This document shows, piece after piece, positions 16,458-24,326 of a DNA stretch of 32,000 bases. The translations under genes were made by a program, and so were the position numbers. Source of the DNA: Mycolicibacterium smegmatis (lineage in GTDB: Bacteria; Actinomycetota; Actinomycetes; Mycobacteriales; Mycobacteriaceae); the NCBI RefSeq assembly GCF_001457595.1, contig NZ_LN831039.1, forward strand, positions 5,820,001 through 5,852,000, given 5' to 3'. Numbering within the stretch: the stretch's first letter is position 1; each line of letters begins with the position of its first letter. Below the pieces are notes generated by a model. The model was not told where the DNA came from. It made no database searches and saw nothing but the letters and a program-made list of their open reading frames with translations.

Positions 16458-19400
16458 ATGACCAGCGATGTTCACGACGCCACAGACGGCGTCACCGAAA
16501 CCGCACTCGACGACGAGCAGTCGACCCGCCGCATCGCCGAGCTGTACGCCACCGATCCCGAGTTCGCCGCCGCCGCACCGTTGCCCGCCGTGGTCGACGC
16601 GGCGCACAAACCCGGGCTGCGGCTGGCAGAGATCCTGCAGACCCTGTTCACCGGCTACGGTGACCGCCCGGCGCTGGGATACCGCGCCCGTGAACTGGCC
16701 ACCGACGAGGGCGGGCGCACCGTGACGCGTCTGCTGCCGCGGTTCGACACCCTCACCTACGCCCAGGTTTGGTCGCGCGTGCAAGCGGTCGCCGCGGCCC
16801 TGCGCCACAACTTCGCGCAGCCGATCTACCCCGGCGACGCCGTCGCGACGATCGGTTTCGCGAGTCCCGATTACCTGACGTTGGATCTCGTATGCGCCTA
16901 CCTGGGCCTCGTGAGTGTTCCGCTGCAGCACAACGCACCGGTCAGCCGGCTCGCCCCGATCCTGGCCGAGGTCGAACCGCGCATCCTCACCGTGAGCGCC
17001 GAATACCTCGACCTCGCAGTCGAATCCGTGCGGGACGTCAACTCGGTGTCGCAGCTCGTGGTGTTCGACCATCACCCCGAGGTCGACGACCACCGCGACG
17101 CACTGGCCCGCGCGCGTGAACAACTCGCCGGCAAGGGCATCGCCGTCACCACCCTGGACGCGATCGCCGACGAGGGCGCCGGGCTGCCGGCCGAACCGAT
17201 CTACACCGCCGACCATGATCAGCGCCTCGCGATGATCCTGTACACCTCGGGTTCCACCGGCGCACCCAAGGGTGCGATGTACACCGAGGCGATGTTGGCG
17301 CGGCTGTGGACCATGTCGTTCATCACGGGTGACCCCACGCCGGTCATCAACGTCAACTTCATGCCGCTCAACCACCTGGGCGGGCGCATCCCCATCTCCA
17401 CCGCCGTGCAGAACGGTGGAACCAGTTACTTCGTACCGGAATCCGACATGTCCACGCTGTTCGAGGATCTCGCGCTGGTGCGCCCGACCGAACTCGGCCT
17501 GGTTCCGCGCGTCGCCGACATGCTCTACCAGCACCACCTCGCCACCGTCGACCGCCTGGTCACGCAGGGCGCCGACGAACTGACCGCCGAGAAGCAGGCC
17601 GGTGCCGAACTGCGTGAGCAGGTGCTCGGCGGACGCGTGATCACCGGATTCGTCAGCACCGCACCGCTGGCCGCGGAGATGAGGGCGTTCCTCGACATCA
17701 CCCTGGGCGCACACATCGTCGACGGCTACGGGCTCACCGAGACCGGCGCCGTGACACGCGACGGTGTGATCGTGCGGCCACCGGTGATCGACTACAAGCT
17801 GATCGACGTTCCCGAACTCGGCTACTTCAGCACCGACAAGCCCTACCCGCGTGGCGAACTGCTGGTCAGGTCGCAAACGCTGACTCCCGGCTACTACAAG
17901 CGCCCCGAGGTCACCGCGAGCGTCTTCGACCGGGACGGCTACTACCACACCGGCGACGTCATGGCCGAGACCGCACCCGACCACCTGGTGTACGTGGACC
18001 GTCGCAACAACGTCCTCAAACTCGCGCAGGGCGAGTTCGTGGCGGTCGCCAACCTGGAGGCGGTGTTCTCCGGCGCGGCGCTGGTGCGCCAGATCTTCGT
18101 GTACGGCAACAGCGAGCGCAGTTTCCTTCTGGCCGTGGTGGTCCCGACGCCGGAGGCGCTCGAGCAGTACGATCCGGCCGCGCTCAAGGCCGCGCTGGCC
18201 GACTCGCTGCAGCGCACCGCACGCGACGCCGAACTGCAATCCTACGAGGTGCCGGCCGATTTCATCGTCGAGACCGAGCCGTTCAGCGCCGCCAACGGGC
18301 TGCTGTCGGGTGTCGGAAAACTGCTGCGGCCCAACCTCAAAGACCGCTACGGGCAGCGCCTGGAGCAGATGTACGCCGATATCGCGGCCACGCAGGCCAA
18401 CCAGTTGCGCGAACTGCGGCGCGCGGCCGCCACACAACCGGTGATCGACACCCTCACCCAGGCCGCTGCCACGATCCTCGGCACCGGGAGCGAGGTGGCA
18501 TCCGACGCCCACTTCACCGACCTGGGCGGGGATTCCCTGTCGGCGCTGACACTTTCGAACCTGCTGAGCGATTTCTTCGGTTTCGAAGTTCCCGTCGGCA
18601 CCATCGTGAACCCGGCCACCAACCTCGCCCAACTCGCCCAGCACATCGAGGCGCAGCGCACCGCGGGTGACCGCAGGCCGAGTTTCACCACCGTGCACGG
18701 CGCGGACGCCACCGAGATCCGGGCGAGTGAGCTGACCCTGGACAAGTTCATCGACGCCGAAACGCTCCAGGCCGCACCGGGTCTGCCCAAGGTCACCACC
18801 GAGCCACGGACGGTGTTGCTCTCGGGCGCCAACGGCTGGCTGGGCCGGTTCCTCACGTTGCAGTGGCTGGAACGCCTGGCACCTGTCGGCGGCACCCTCA
18901 TCACGATCGTGCGGGGCCGCGACGACGCCGCGGCCCGCGCACGGCTGACCCAGGCCTACGACACCGATCCCGAGTTGTCCCGCCGCTTCGCCGAGCTGGC
19001 CGACCGCCACCTGCGGGTGGTCGCCGGTGACATCGGCGACCCGAATCTGGGCCTCACACCCGAGATCTGGCACCGGCTCGCCGCCGAGGTCGACCTGGTG
19101 GTGCATCCGGCAGCGCTGGTCAACCACGTGCTCCCCTACCGGCAGCTGTTCGGCCCCAACGTCGTGGGCACGGCCGAGGTGATCAAGCTGGCCCTCACCG
19201 AACGGATCAAGCCCGTCACGTACCTGTCCACCGTGTCGGTGGCCATGGGGATCCCCGACTTCGAGGAGGACGGCGACATCCGGACCGTGAGCCCGGTGCG
19301 CCCGCTCGACGGCGGATACGCCAACGGCTACGGCAACAGCAAGTGGGCCGGCGAGGTGCTGCTGCGGGAGGCCCACGATCTGTGCGGGCTGCCCGTGGCG

Positions 19401-19979
19401 ACGTTCCGCTCGGACATGATCCTGGCGCATCCGCGCTACCGCGGTCAGGTCAACGTGCCAGACATGTTCACGCGACTCCTGTTGAGCCTCTTGATCACCG
19501 GCGTCGCGCCGCGGTCGTTCTACATCGGAGACGGTGAGCGCCCGCGGGCGCACTACCCCGGCCTGACGGTCGATTTCGTGGCCGAGGCGGTCACGACGCT
19601 CGGCGCGCAGCAGCGCGAGGGATACGTGTCCTACGACGTGATGAACCCGCACGACGACGGGATCTCCCTGGATGTGTTCGTGGACTGGCTGATCCGGGCG
19701 GGCCATCCGATCGACCGGGTCGACGACTACGACGACTGGGTGCGTCGGTTCGAGACCGCGTTGACCGCGCTTCCCGAGAAGCGCCGCGCACAGACCGTAC
19801 TGCCGCTGCTGCACGCGTTCCGCGCTCCGCAGGCACCGTTGCGCGGCGCACCCGAACCCACGGAGGTGTTCCACGCCGCGGTGCGCACCGCGAAGGTGGG
19901 CCCGGGAGACATCCCGCACCTCGACGAGGCGCTGATCGACAAGTACATACGCGATCTGCGTGAGTTCGGTCTGATCTGA
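16458..19979 (+). CDS. car: Carboxylic acid reductase (adenylation - PCP - NADPH reductase)
   Basis: ATG 16458 gives 1173 aa. Adenylation core LYTSGSTGAPKG, carrier-domain serine in DLGGDSLSA, reductase Rossmann LSGANGWLGRFL and YGNSKWAGE (YxxxK). The upstream part of the 1338-aa track ORF overlaps zf-UBP and is rejected. Confidence 0.93.
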   Translation: MTSDVHDATDGVTETALDDEQSTRRIAELYATDPEFAAAAPLPAVVDAAHKPGLRLAEILQTLFTGYGDRPALGYRARELATDEGGRTVTRLLPRFDTLTYAQVWSRVQAVAAALRHNFAQPIYPGDAVATIGFASPDYLTLDLVCAYLGLVSVPLQHNAPVSRLAPILAEVEPRILTVSAEYLDLAVESVRDVNSVSQLVVFDHHPEVDDHRDALARAREQLAGKGIAVTTLDAIADEGAGLPAEPIYTADHDQRLAMILYTSGSTGAPKGAMYTEAMLARLWTMSFITGDPTPVINVNFMPLNHLGGRIPISTAVQNGGTSYFVPESDMSTLFEDLALVRPTELGLVPRVADMLYQHHLATVDRLVTQGADELTAEKQAGAELREQVLGGRVITGFVSTAPLAAEMRAFLDITLGAHIVDGYGLTETGAVTRDGVIVRPPVIDYKLIDVPELGYFSTDKPYPRGELLVRSQTLTPGYYKRPEVTASVFDRDGYYHTGDVMAETAPDHLVYVDRRNNVLKLAQGEFVAVANLEAVFSGAALVRQIFVYGNSERSFLLAVVVPTPEALEQYDPAALKAALADSLQRTARDAELQSYEVPADFIVETEPFSAANGLLSGVGKLLRPNLKDRYGQRLEQMYADIAATQANQLRELRRAAATQPVIDTLTQAAATILGTGSEVASDAHFTDLGGDSLSALTLSNLLSDFFGFEVPVGTIVNPATNLAQLAQHIEAQRTAGDRRPSFTTVHGADATEIRASELTLDKFIDAETLQAAPGLPKVTTEPRTVLLSGANGWLGRFLTLQWLERLAPVGGTLITIVRGRDDAAARARLTQAYDTDPELSRRFAELADRHLRVVAGDIGDPNLGLTPEIWHRLAAEVDLVVHPAALVNHVLPYRQLFGPNVVGTAEVIKLALTERIKPVTYLSTVSVAMGIPDFEEDGDIRTVSPVRPLDGGYANGYGNSKWAGEVLLREAHDLCGLPVATFRSDMILAHPRYRGQVNVPDMFTRLLLSLLITGVAPRSFYIGDGERPRAHYPGLTVDFVAEAVTTLGAQQREGYVSYDVMNPHDDGISLDVFVDWLIRAGHPIDRVDDYDDWVRRFETALTALPEKRRAQTVLPLLHAFRAPQAPLRGAPEPTEVFHAAVRTAKVGPGDIPHLDEALIDKYIRDLREFGLI

Positions 19980-20000
19980 CCTGCCGGTCTAGCTGTACAT

Positions 20001-20297
20001 CTAGCGCCGCACCGTCGGGCTGTGCCCGACGTTGGCGCGCGGCGGCGTCGCGCCCGATCTCGACGGGTTGCTCTGCCGCATGCTGATGCAGACGCCCAGG
20101 CTGCCGCCGACGCACGGGATCCCGTTCATCGTCGGCACTGGTCCCCCGGAGTAGTTGCCGGTCGGGTCGAGCGCCGCGGGATCGGCTGCGGCGGCCGGGG
20201 CGAGCACGACCGCGAGTGCGGTCGCCGCCGCGCAGCACCCGGCCATCGCCCGGAACCGTCGTCCCGTCATGGCTGACACGCTAGTCCGTCGGATCAT
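20001..20297 (-). CDS. Small secreted hypothetical protein
   Basis: 98-aa ORF with very high GC3. Signal-peptide-like MTGRRFRAMAGCCAAATALAVVLAPAAAADP. Its ATG overlaps the DUF218 stop (ATGA at 20297-20294). Confidence 0.55.
   Translation of the reverse strand: MIRRTSVSAMTGRRFRAMAGCCAAATALAVVLAPAAAADPAALDPTGNYSGGPVPTMNGIPCVGGSLGVCISMRQSNPSRSGATPPRANVGHSPTVRR
20013..20031 (+). terminator. Hairpin CGTCGGGC-TGT-GCCCGACG 34 bp downstream of the car stop
   Basis: 8-bp perfect stem followed by TT. It lies inside the 3' end of the convergent 98-aa gene, so it may be coincidental. Confidence 0.25.
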
Positions 20298-20947
20298 CCG
20301 ATGGGGGTCAACGGACTGAGCACGTCACGGACGAACTGCGAGATGTTCACCGTCGGGTTGCTGTCCGGGAAGCTGACCGTGGCCAGGATGTTTCCGCCCG
20401 CGTCGGCGAAGTTCTGATCGGCGCGGCCCTGGTGCGACGACGACGTGACCAGGATGATGCCCGTCGTGCCGGCCTTCTTGGCCAGCGGCACCGAGAACTG
20501 CGCGTTCTGCACGGTGCTGTTGGCGCGGTCCTCGACGATGATCCGGTTGGCCGGAAAACCAAGCATGAGAAGCAGATTGCGCATCGCCGCGGCCTCGGTC
20601 ACGCCACGCTGCGGGTTCCCGCCCGTCACGATGACCGGCGACTGCGGGAACGCCTGCGCGATCACCAGTCCGGTCAGGGTGCGGTGGTACAGGATCTGCC
20701 GCATGGTGCCGTCGGGCTTGAGGCCGTAGCCCAGGATCACGATCGCGGGTTTGGTGAAATCCTTGGCCGCCACGGGCGGCGCCGCCGAGGCAACAGGGGT
20801 CTGCTGCACCAACGCGCCGCATATCAGCGCCATCGCGATCGCCACCGTCCCGATCAGGCGCCGTATGCCGGTCTCGTCCCTGGTGATGGCATCCCCTCGT
20901 CCCATCTCACCCCCGAAAAGTTGCGACACGCGTGAATATCGTGGCAT
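20294..20947 (-). CDS. DUF218 (YdcF/ElyC/SanA-like) domain protein with N-terminal membrane anchor or signal
   Basis: 217-aa ORF. AIVILGYGLKPDGTM...VIVTGGNPQRGVTEAAAM...IILVTSSSHQGRA is the DUF218 pattern. ATG 20905 is an alternative start. Confidence 0.7.
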   Translation of the reverse strand: MPRYSRVSQLFGGEMGRGDAITRDETGIRRLIGTVAIAMALICGALVQQTPVASAAPPVAAKDFTKPAIVILGYGLKPDGTMRQILYHRTLTGLVIAQAFPQSPVIVTGGNPQRGVTEAAAMRNLLLMLGFPANRIIVEDRANSTVQNAQFSVPLAKKAGTTGIILVTSSSHQGRADQNFADAGGNILATVSFPDSNPTVNISQFVRDVLSPLTPIG

Positions 20948-20959
20948 CTGAGGGAGATG

Positions 20960-21958
20960 TTACAGATAGGATCCCTGAGGCTCATCGTGTGCATGTGGCA
21001 GTACACGGGTAGGGCTGCCCTCCTCGATGTGCTCGGCCACCCAGGCGTCGACCTCGGTCCACACATCCCGCAGCCACGGGCCGAGATCCTCACGCGGCGG
21101 CAGTTCCTCGGTGGGTATCAGCGACACATGCACCACCAGTCTTCGGTGCACGGGTAGCCGCCACCACGGCCGTGCCCGCCCGTCCGCGGAGAAACCGCTG
21201 TGGGTCAGCACCAGCACACTGGCGTGCGGCGCGCCGGCCATCGCCGCCGCCGCACCGCCGGTTCGTGGCGGCAACGTGTACGACTGTCGCCAGGCGCGCC
21301 GCGCCTCACGCAACCGTCCCGACGACCGCAGCCGGCTGATCGCCTCATGCCAACGCGCCCAGCTGAAGTTGCCGCCCTCGGGGAACAGCAACAGCGCGTC
21401 GCCGCCGGCGAGCGAGGCGGCCAGTTCACGGACCTGCGCACGTGCCCGCTTTCCGCCCCGGCTCAGGAAGCACAGGCAGCCCAGGTCTCCGGCGAGGTCC
21501 AGCACAGGTTCGCACCGCAATAGGCCCTTGAGCACGATGCGTGTGCGCAACCGGTAGTGAAACGTCAGCAGCCAGGCGATCAGCAGGCTGTCTCCCGGCC
21601 CGCAGTGCCGCGAGAACACGATCACCGGTTCGTCACGGGGAACCTCGCCCGGCTCGACCGATCCGGTGTCCAGCAGTACCTCCACGTCGAGGATGCGGCG
21701 GGCGATCGTGTAGATCTTCCCGACGAGATCGCGGGTGAAGCGGTCGCCGTCCTGACCGCCGCCCAGCAGCTTCGCGAGGGCATACAGTTCCATCGCCGCG
21801 TAGGCGACCACGGCCGCCACGGTCCGGCTGGGCCTGCTCGACCGCAACACCAGGTCGGCCACGACGGCCAGCGCCATCGCTGGCACCGAGTACAGCAGCA
21901 CACCCAGCATCAGCACGGTGACCAGAGGCACCGTGACCGCGCGCCGCAGCAGCCTCAT
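20960..21958 (-). CDS. PlsC-type 1-acyl-sn-glycerol-3-phosphate/lysophospholipid acyltransferase, membrane anchored
   Basis: ATG 21958 overlaps the patatin stop (ATGA). 332 aa. N-terminal TM helices, HX4D motif in SRHCGPGDS and LLFPEGGN. The longer track ORF (to 22180) overlaps the patatin gene. Confidence 0.75.
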   Translation of the reverse strand: MRLLRRAVTVPLVTVLMLGVLLYSVPAMALAVVADLVLRSSRPSRTVAAVVAYAAMELYALAKLLGGGQDGDRFTRDLVGKIYTIARRILDVEVLLDTGSVEPGEVPRDEPVIVFSRHCGPGDSLLIAWLLTFHYRLRTRIVLKGLLRCEPVLDLAGDLGCLCFLSRGGKRARAQVRELAASLAGGDALLLFPEGGNFSWARWHEAISRLRSSGRLREARRAWRQSYTLPPRTGGAAAAMAGAPHASVLVLTHSGFSADGRARPWWRLPVHRRLVVHVSLIPTEELPPREDLGPWLRDVWTEVDAWVAEHIEEGSPTRVLPHAHDEPQGSYL

Positions 21959-22782
21959 GGCAGGGCCTTCAGGTATTCGCGGGTCGCGTCGTACGCCACC
22001 TCGGCGCGTCGCCCGATCCGGCGGCTGTCGCGGTAGCGCAGATTCGACCACGTCGCCGCGGCACGTTGGGGCTGACCCGACGGCAGGACGTGGACGGCCA
22101 CGTCGGAACGCACGCGTTCCAGATCTCCGTGGAACCGGTGCCGACGGGCGATCTCGAACGCCGCGAAACCGACCTCCCACAGAAAGCGCGGCACCCTGAG
22201 TTCCTCTTCGAGACGCCCGACGTGGAGCACCCAGATCGTGTCCGCGCCTCGCGACACCGCCCGGTCCAGCGGGATGCTGTTGACCAGCCCGCCGTCGAAG
22301 AAGTGCTCATCGCCTATGCGCACGGGTGGCAGCACACCCGGCAGCGCGCACGACGCGAGAACGGGCTCGACGAGATCGCCACTGTCGAACCAGTGTTCGC
22401 GGGCACGCTCGATGCTGGCCGCGACACACTCGAACGGAACCGCGAGTTCCTCGAACGTGTGCACCGGCAACCGTTCCCGCAGCAGCCGGCGAAGTTCCGA
22501 ATTGTCGTGCAGCGACGTGGGTCTGCGCAGCACCTCGGCGGCCCGGCGGATGAGGGATCCGCCGAACACGCCCTCGCCACCCAACGCATCCCAGAACTTC
22601 ACCAGTGCGCGCGCCCCTTCCGGGGTGGGGTCCGCCGCGAGCGCCGCGCCGTTGATGGCGCCCACCGATGTCCCGCACACCAGATCGGGACGAACCCCGC
22701 TCTCGAGCAGCGCGAGCGCCATCCCGGCCTCGGCCGCGCCCAGCACGCCGCCGCCTCCCAGTACGAATGCCACGCGGGACAT
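21955..22782 (-). CDS. Patatin-like phospholipase
   Basis: MSRVAFVLGGGGVLGAAEAG (oxyanion Gly-rich loop), GTSVG (GxSxG serine) and FFDGGLVNSIP (catalytic Asp). ATG 22782 lies 8 nt after the gvpK stop. TTG 22794 would overlap it. Confidence 0.88.
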   Translation of the reverse strand: MSRVAFVLGGGGVLGAAEAGMALALLESGVRPDLVCGTSVGAINGAALAADPTPEGARALVKFWDALGGEGVFGGSLIRRAAEVLRRPTSLHDNSELRRLLRERLPVHTFEELAVPFECVAASIERAREHWFDSGDLVEPVLASCALPGVLPPVRIGDEHFFDGGLVNSIPLDRAVSRGADTIWVLHVGRLEEELRVPRFLWEVGFAAFEIARRHRFHGDLERVRSDVAVHVLPSGQPQRAAATWSNLRYRDSRRIGRRAEVAYDATREYLKALP

Positions 22783-22790
22783 CGGCGCCG

Positions 22791-23081
22791 TCAACCGTGT
22801 TCGCGCGGCAGCAGCGGACCCAGCGGCCCCAGGTCGATGTTGAGGTCCTCTGGTCGCAGCCCGAAATACTCGCGCAGCTCCTCCATGGCCTCCTCGAGCC
22901 GCATGAGTCCGACCCCCAATCGTTCGACGGTGTCGTCGGACAGGTCACCGACGTCCACGCGACGTAGCGCCTGACGTTCCATCAACTGTCGCAGCAGTTC
23001 GACGATCGTGAGCACCAAACGGCCCAGGTCCCGCCCGACGTCCTCGGGATCCATCTCGATACGGCCGCTCTTCTTCTCCAT
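22791..23081 (-). CDS. gvpK: Gas vesicle protein GvpK
   Basis: 96 aa. RIEMDPEDVGRDLGRLVLTIVELLRQLMERQALRRVDVGDLSDDTVERLGVGLMRLEE...DLNIDLGPLG closely follows the GvpK consensus. Confidence 0.88.
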   Translation of the reverse strand: MEKKSGRIEMDPEDVGRDLGRLVLTIVELLRQLMERQALRRVDVGDLSDDTVERLGVGLMRLEEAMEELREYFGLRPEDLNIDLGPLGPLLPREHG

Positions 23082-23281
23082 CAGCGTGGCTCTGTCACGG
23101 GTTCCATCAGGGTGCCCACCGAACTGATCAGCGCCCGCAGCGAGATGTGCACCAGGTCGACGTCGGCGAGGCTGATCGTCAGATCACCCGCGATCACCAC
23201 GCCGCCTGCCAGCAGACGGTCGAGCAGGTCGACCAGCGCGACGTCATCGGTCCTCGGCGCGTGGATGCTCTCGACCGTCAT
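23081..23281 (-). CDS. gvpS: GvpA/GvpJ-family small gas vesicle protein (GvpS-like by size and position)
   Basis: 66 aa from ATG 23281, which overlaps the gvpL stop (ATGA). VALVDLLDRLLAGGVVIAGDLTISLADVDLVHISLRALISSV is the GvpA/J core. Its stop shares one base with the gvpK ATG (TGATG). Confidence 0.8.
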   Translation of the reverse strand: MTVESIHAPRTDDVALVDLLDRLLAGGVVIAGDLTISLADVDLVHISLRALISSVGTLMEPVTEPR

Positions 23282-23994
23282 GGCTGCCCCAGGCTCGTGA
23301 ACGAGTAGGGCGCCCACGGGCCCGTGATCTCCAGACGCAGGTGGTCGCCGTTCGCCGCGTCGACCCGCTGCGCCAGCCGTACGGCGCCGTCGTCGTCCAC
23401 GAGATAGGCGGCGTTGAGCACCATTTCGTCGCTGCGACCGGTGAGCCGGGGATCCTGTGGTGGATACAGCCGGTGGTCGGCGGCGAGCCCGGCCAACTCG
23501 TGGTGGAGTTCGTCGGCCGCCTCGGCCACGTGCTCACGACGTTGTGCGACGCGGGCACGTTCGGTCCGGCGACGCATCAGGTACGACGTACCGGGCCTGT
23601 CCGACGGGGTGTCCGGTGAATCCGTCTCCGCGGCCTCGGGAGCGGGAGCGGGAGCGGCGTAGCCTTTGACTCCCCACTCCGTGCGACCGCGGATCCGGTC
23701 GAGCGTCTCGGCCAGTTCGTCACGACGTTCACGGAGGAGTTCGTGCACACCTGAGTCTGAGTGGTAGACCGTCGCCATCCGCACCGGCGCGATCGAATGT
23801 GCCTGTGCGGCACGGTCGACCACCTCGTGGTGCGCGCGGGCCAGCTTCTCGAGCCAGCCCAGGTCCTCCAGGTGGGCCCGGATGGCCTGTTCGCTGAACC
23901 GCTCGCGGTCCACGGACGCGACGATCGCGGCCAGCGGTCCCTCGACGACGGTACGCACCTGTGCGTCATCGACCCCGACCATGCCGCCGACCAT
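23278..23994 (-). CDS. gvpL: GvpL/GvpF family gas vesicle protein, apparently lacking the canonical N-terminal strand
   Basis: VRTVVEGPLAAIVASVD...IAPVRMATVYHSD...EWGVKGY...LNAAYLVDDD...LRLEITGPWAPYSF are GvpF/L hallmarks. The first in-frame ATGs not overlapping the upstream gene are 23994 and 23982. The usual N-terminal YVYG(I/V) segment is absent. Confidence 0.75.
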   Translation of the reverse strand: MVGGMVGVDDAQVRTVVEGPLAAIVASVDRERFSEQAIRAHLEDLGWLEKLARAHHEVVDRAAQAHSIAPVRMATVYHSDSGVHELLRERRDELAETLDRIRGRTEWGVKGYAAPAPAPEAAETDSPDTPSDRPGTSYLMRRRTERARVAQRREHVAEAADELHHELAGLAADHRLYPPQDPRLTGRSDEMVLNAAYLVDDDGAVRLAQRVDAANGDHLRLEITGPWAPYSFTSLGQP

Positions 23995-24010
23995 GTCGGC
24001 GTCGGTGCGT

Positions 24011-24326
24011 TCAGACTCCCCGACGTCCAGGTTCGGTGTCCATGGTGAACACTCGGTAGAAGTAGGCGACACTGTCGGTGTCGCCGTTGTCGACGCGCTT
24101 GAACGCTTTCCCGATGGGGTTCGCATGTGTCGCAGTGGACGCGCGATAGTTGGTGAGCGGACCCATGTTGCGAACGAGATCGGGTGGGGTGTCGACCCAT
24201 TCGTAGCCGGCGTTGCGGACGAGCACCTCGCCGACGTAGCAGCCGAACGCGAAGATGGTCTCGGCCACCGCGTCGGAACCCGGCTCCCGTAACTCTTCCA
24301 GGATTCCGTCCACGAGACTCAGTGAG
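24011..24326 (-). pseudogene. 3' fragment of a 207-codon gene split by IS copy 1
   Basis: Track ORF 24011..24313 begins at an internal GTG. Reading continues in frame up to the IS junction. See the 5' fragment at 25815..26131. Confidence 0.75.
24318..24326. repeat. Target-site duplication CTCAGTGAG, left of IS copy 1
   Basis: Identical 9-mer at 25815-25823, immediately outside the other IS end. Confidence 0.9.

Noticed and set aside
16236-19919. 1227-aa minus-strand ORF covering almost all of car
   Set aside because: It is the antisense frame of a very GC-rich gene, with Arg/Gly/Val/Asp-rich composition and no recognisable motifs. The plus strand carries complete CAR domain signatures.
24011-24070. 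YFYRVF near the C-terminus of the split 207-aa gene as the missing YVYG(I/V) N-terminal strand of gvpL, reached by a frameshift
   Set aside because: It is in a different frame from gvpL. No ATG/GTG/TTG start lies upstream of it within a plausible distance. The frame is continuous with the upstream island gene for more than 200 codons. It is most likely coincidental, but worth rechecking if an alignment with full-length GvpL is made.
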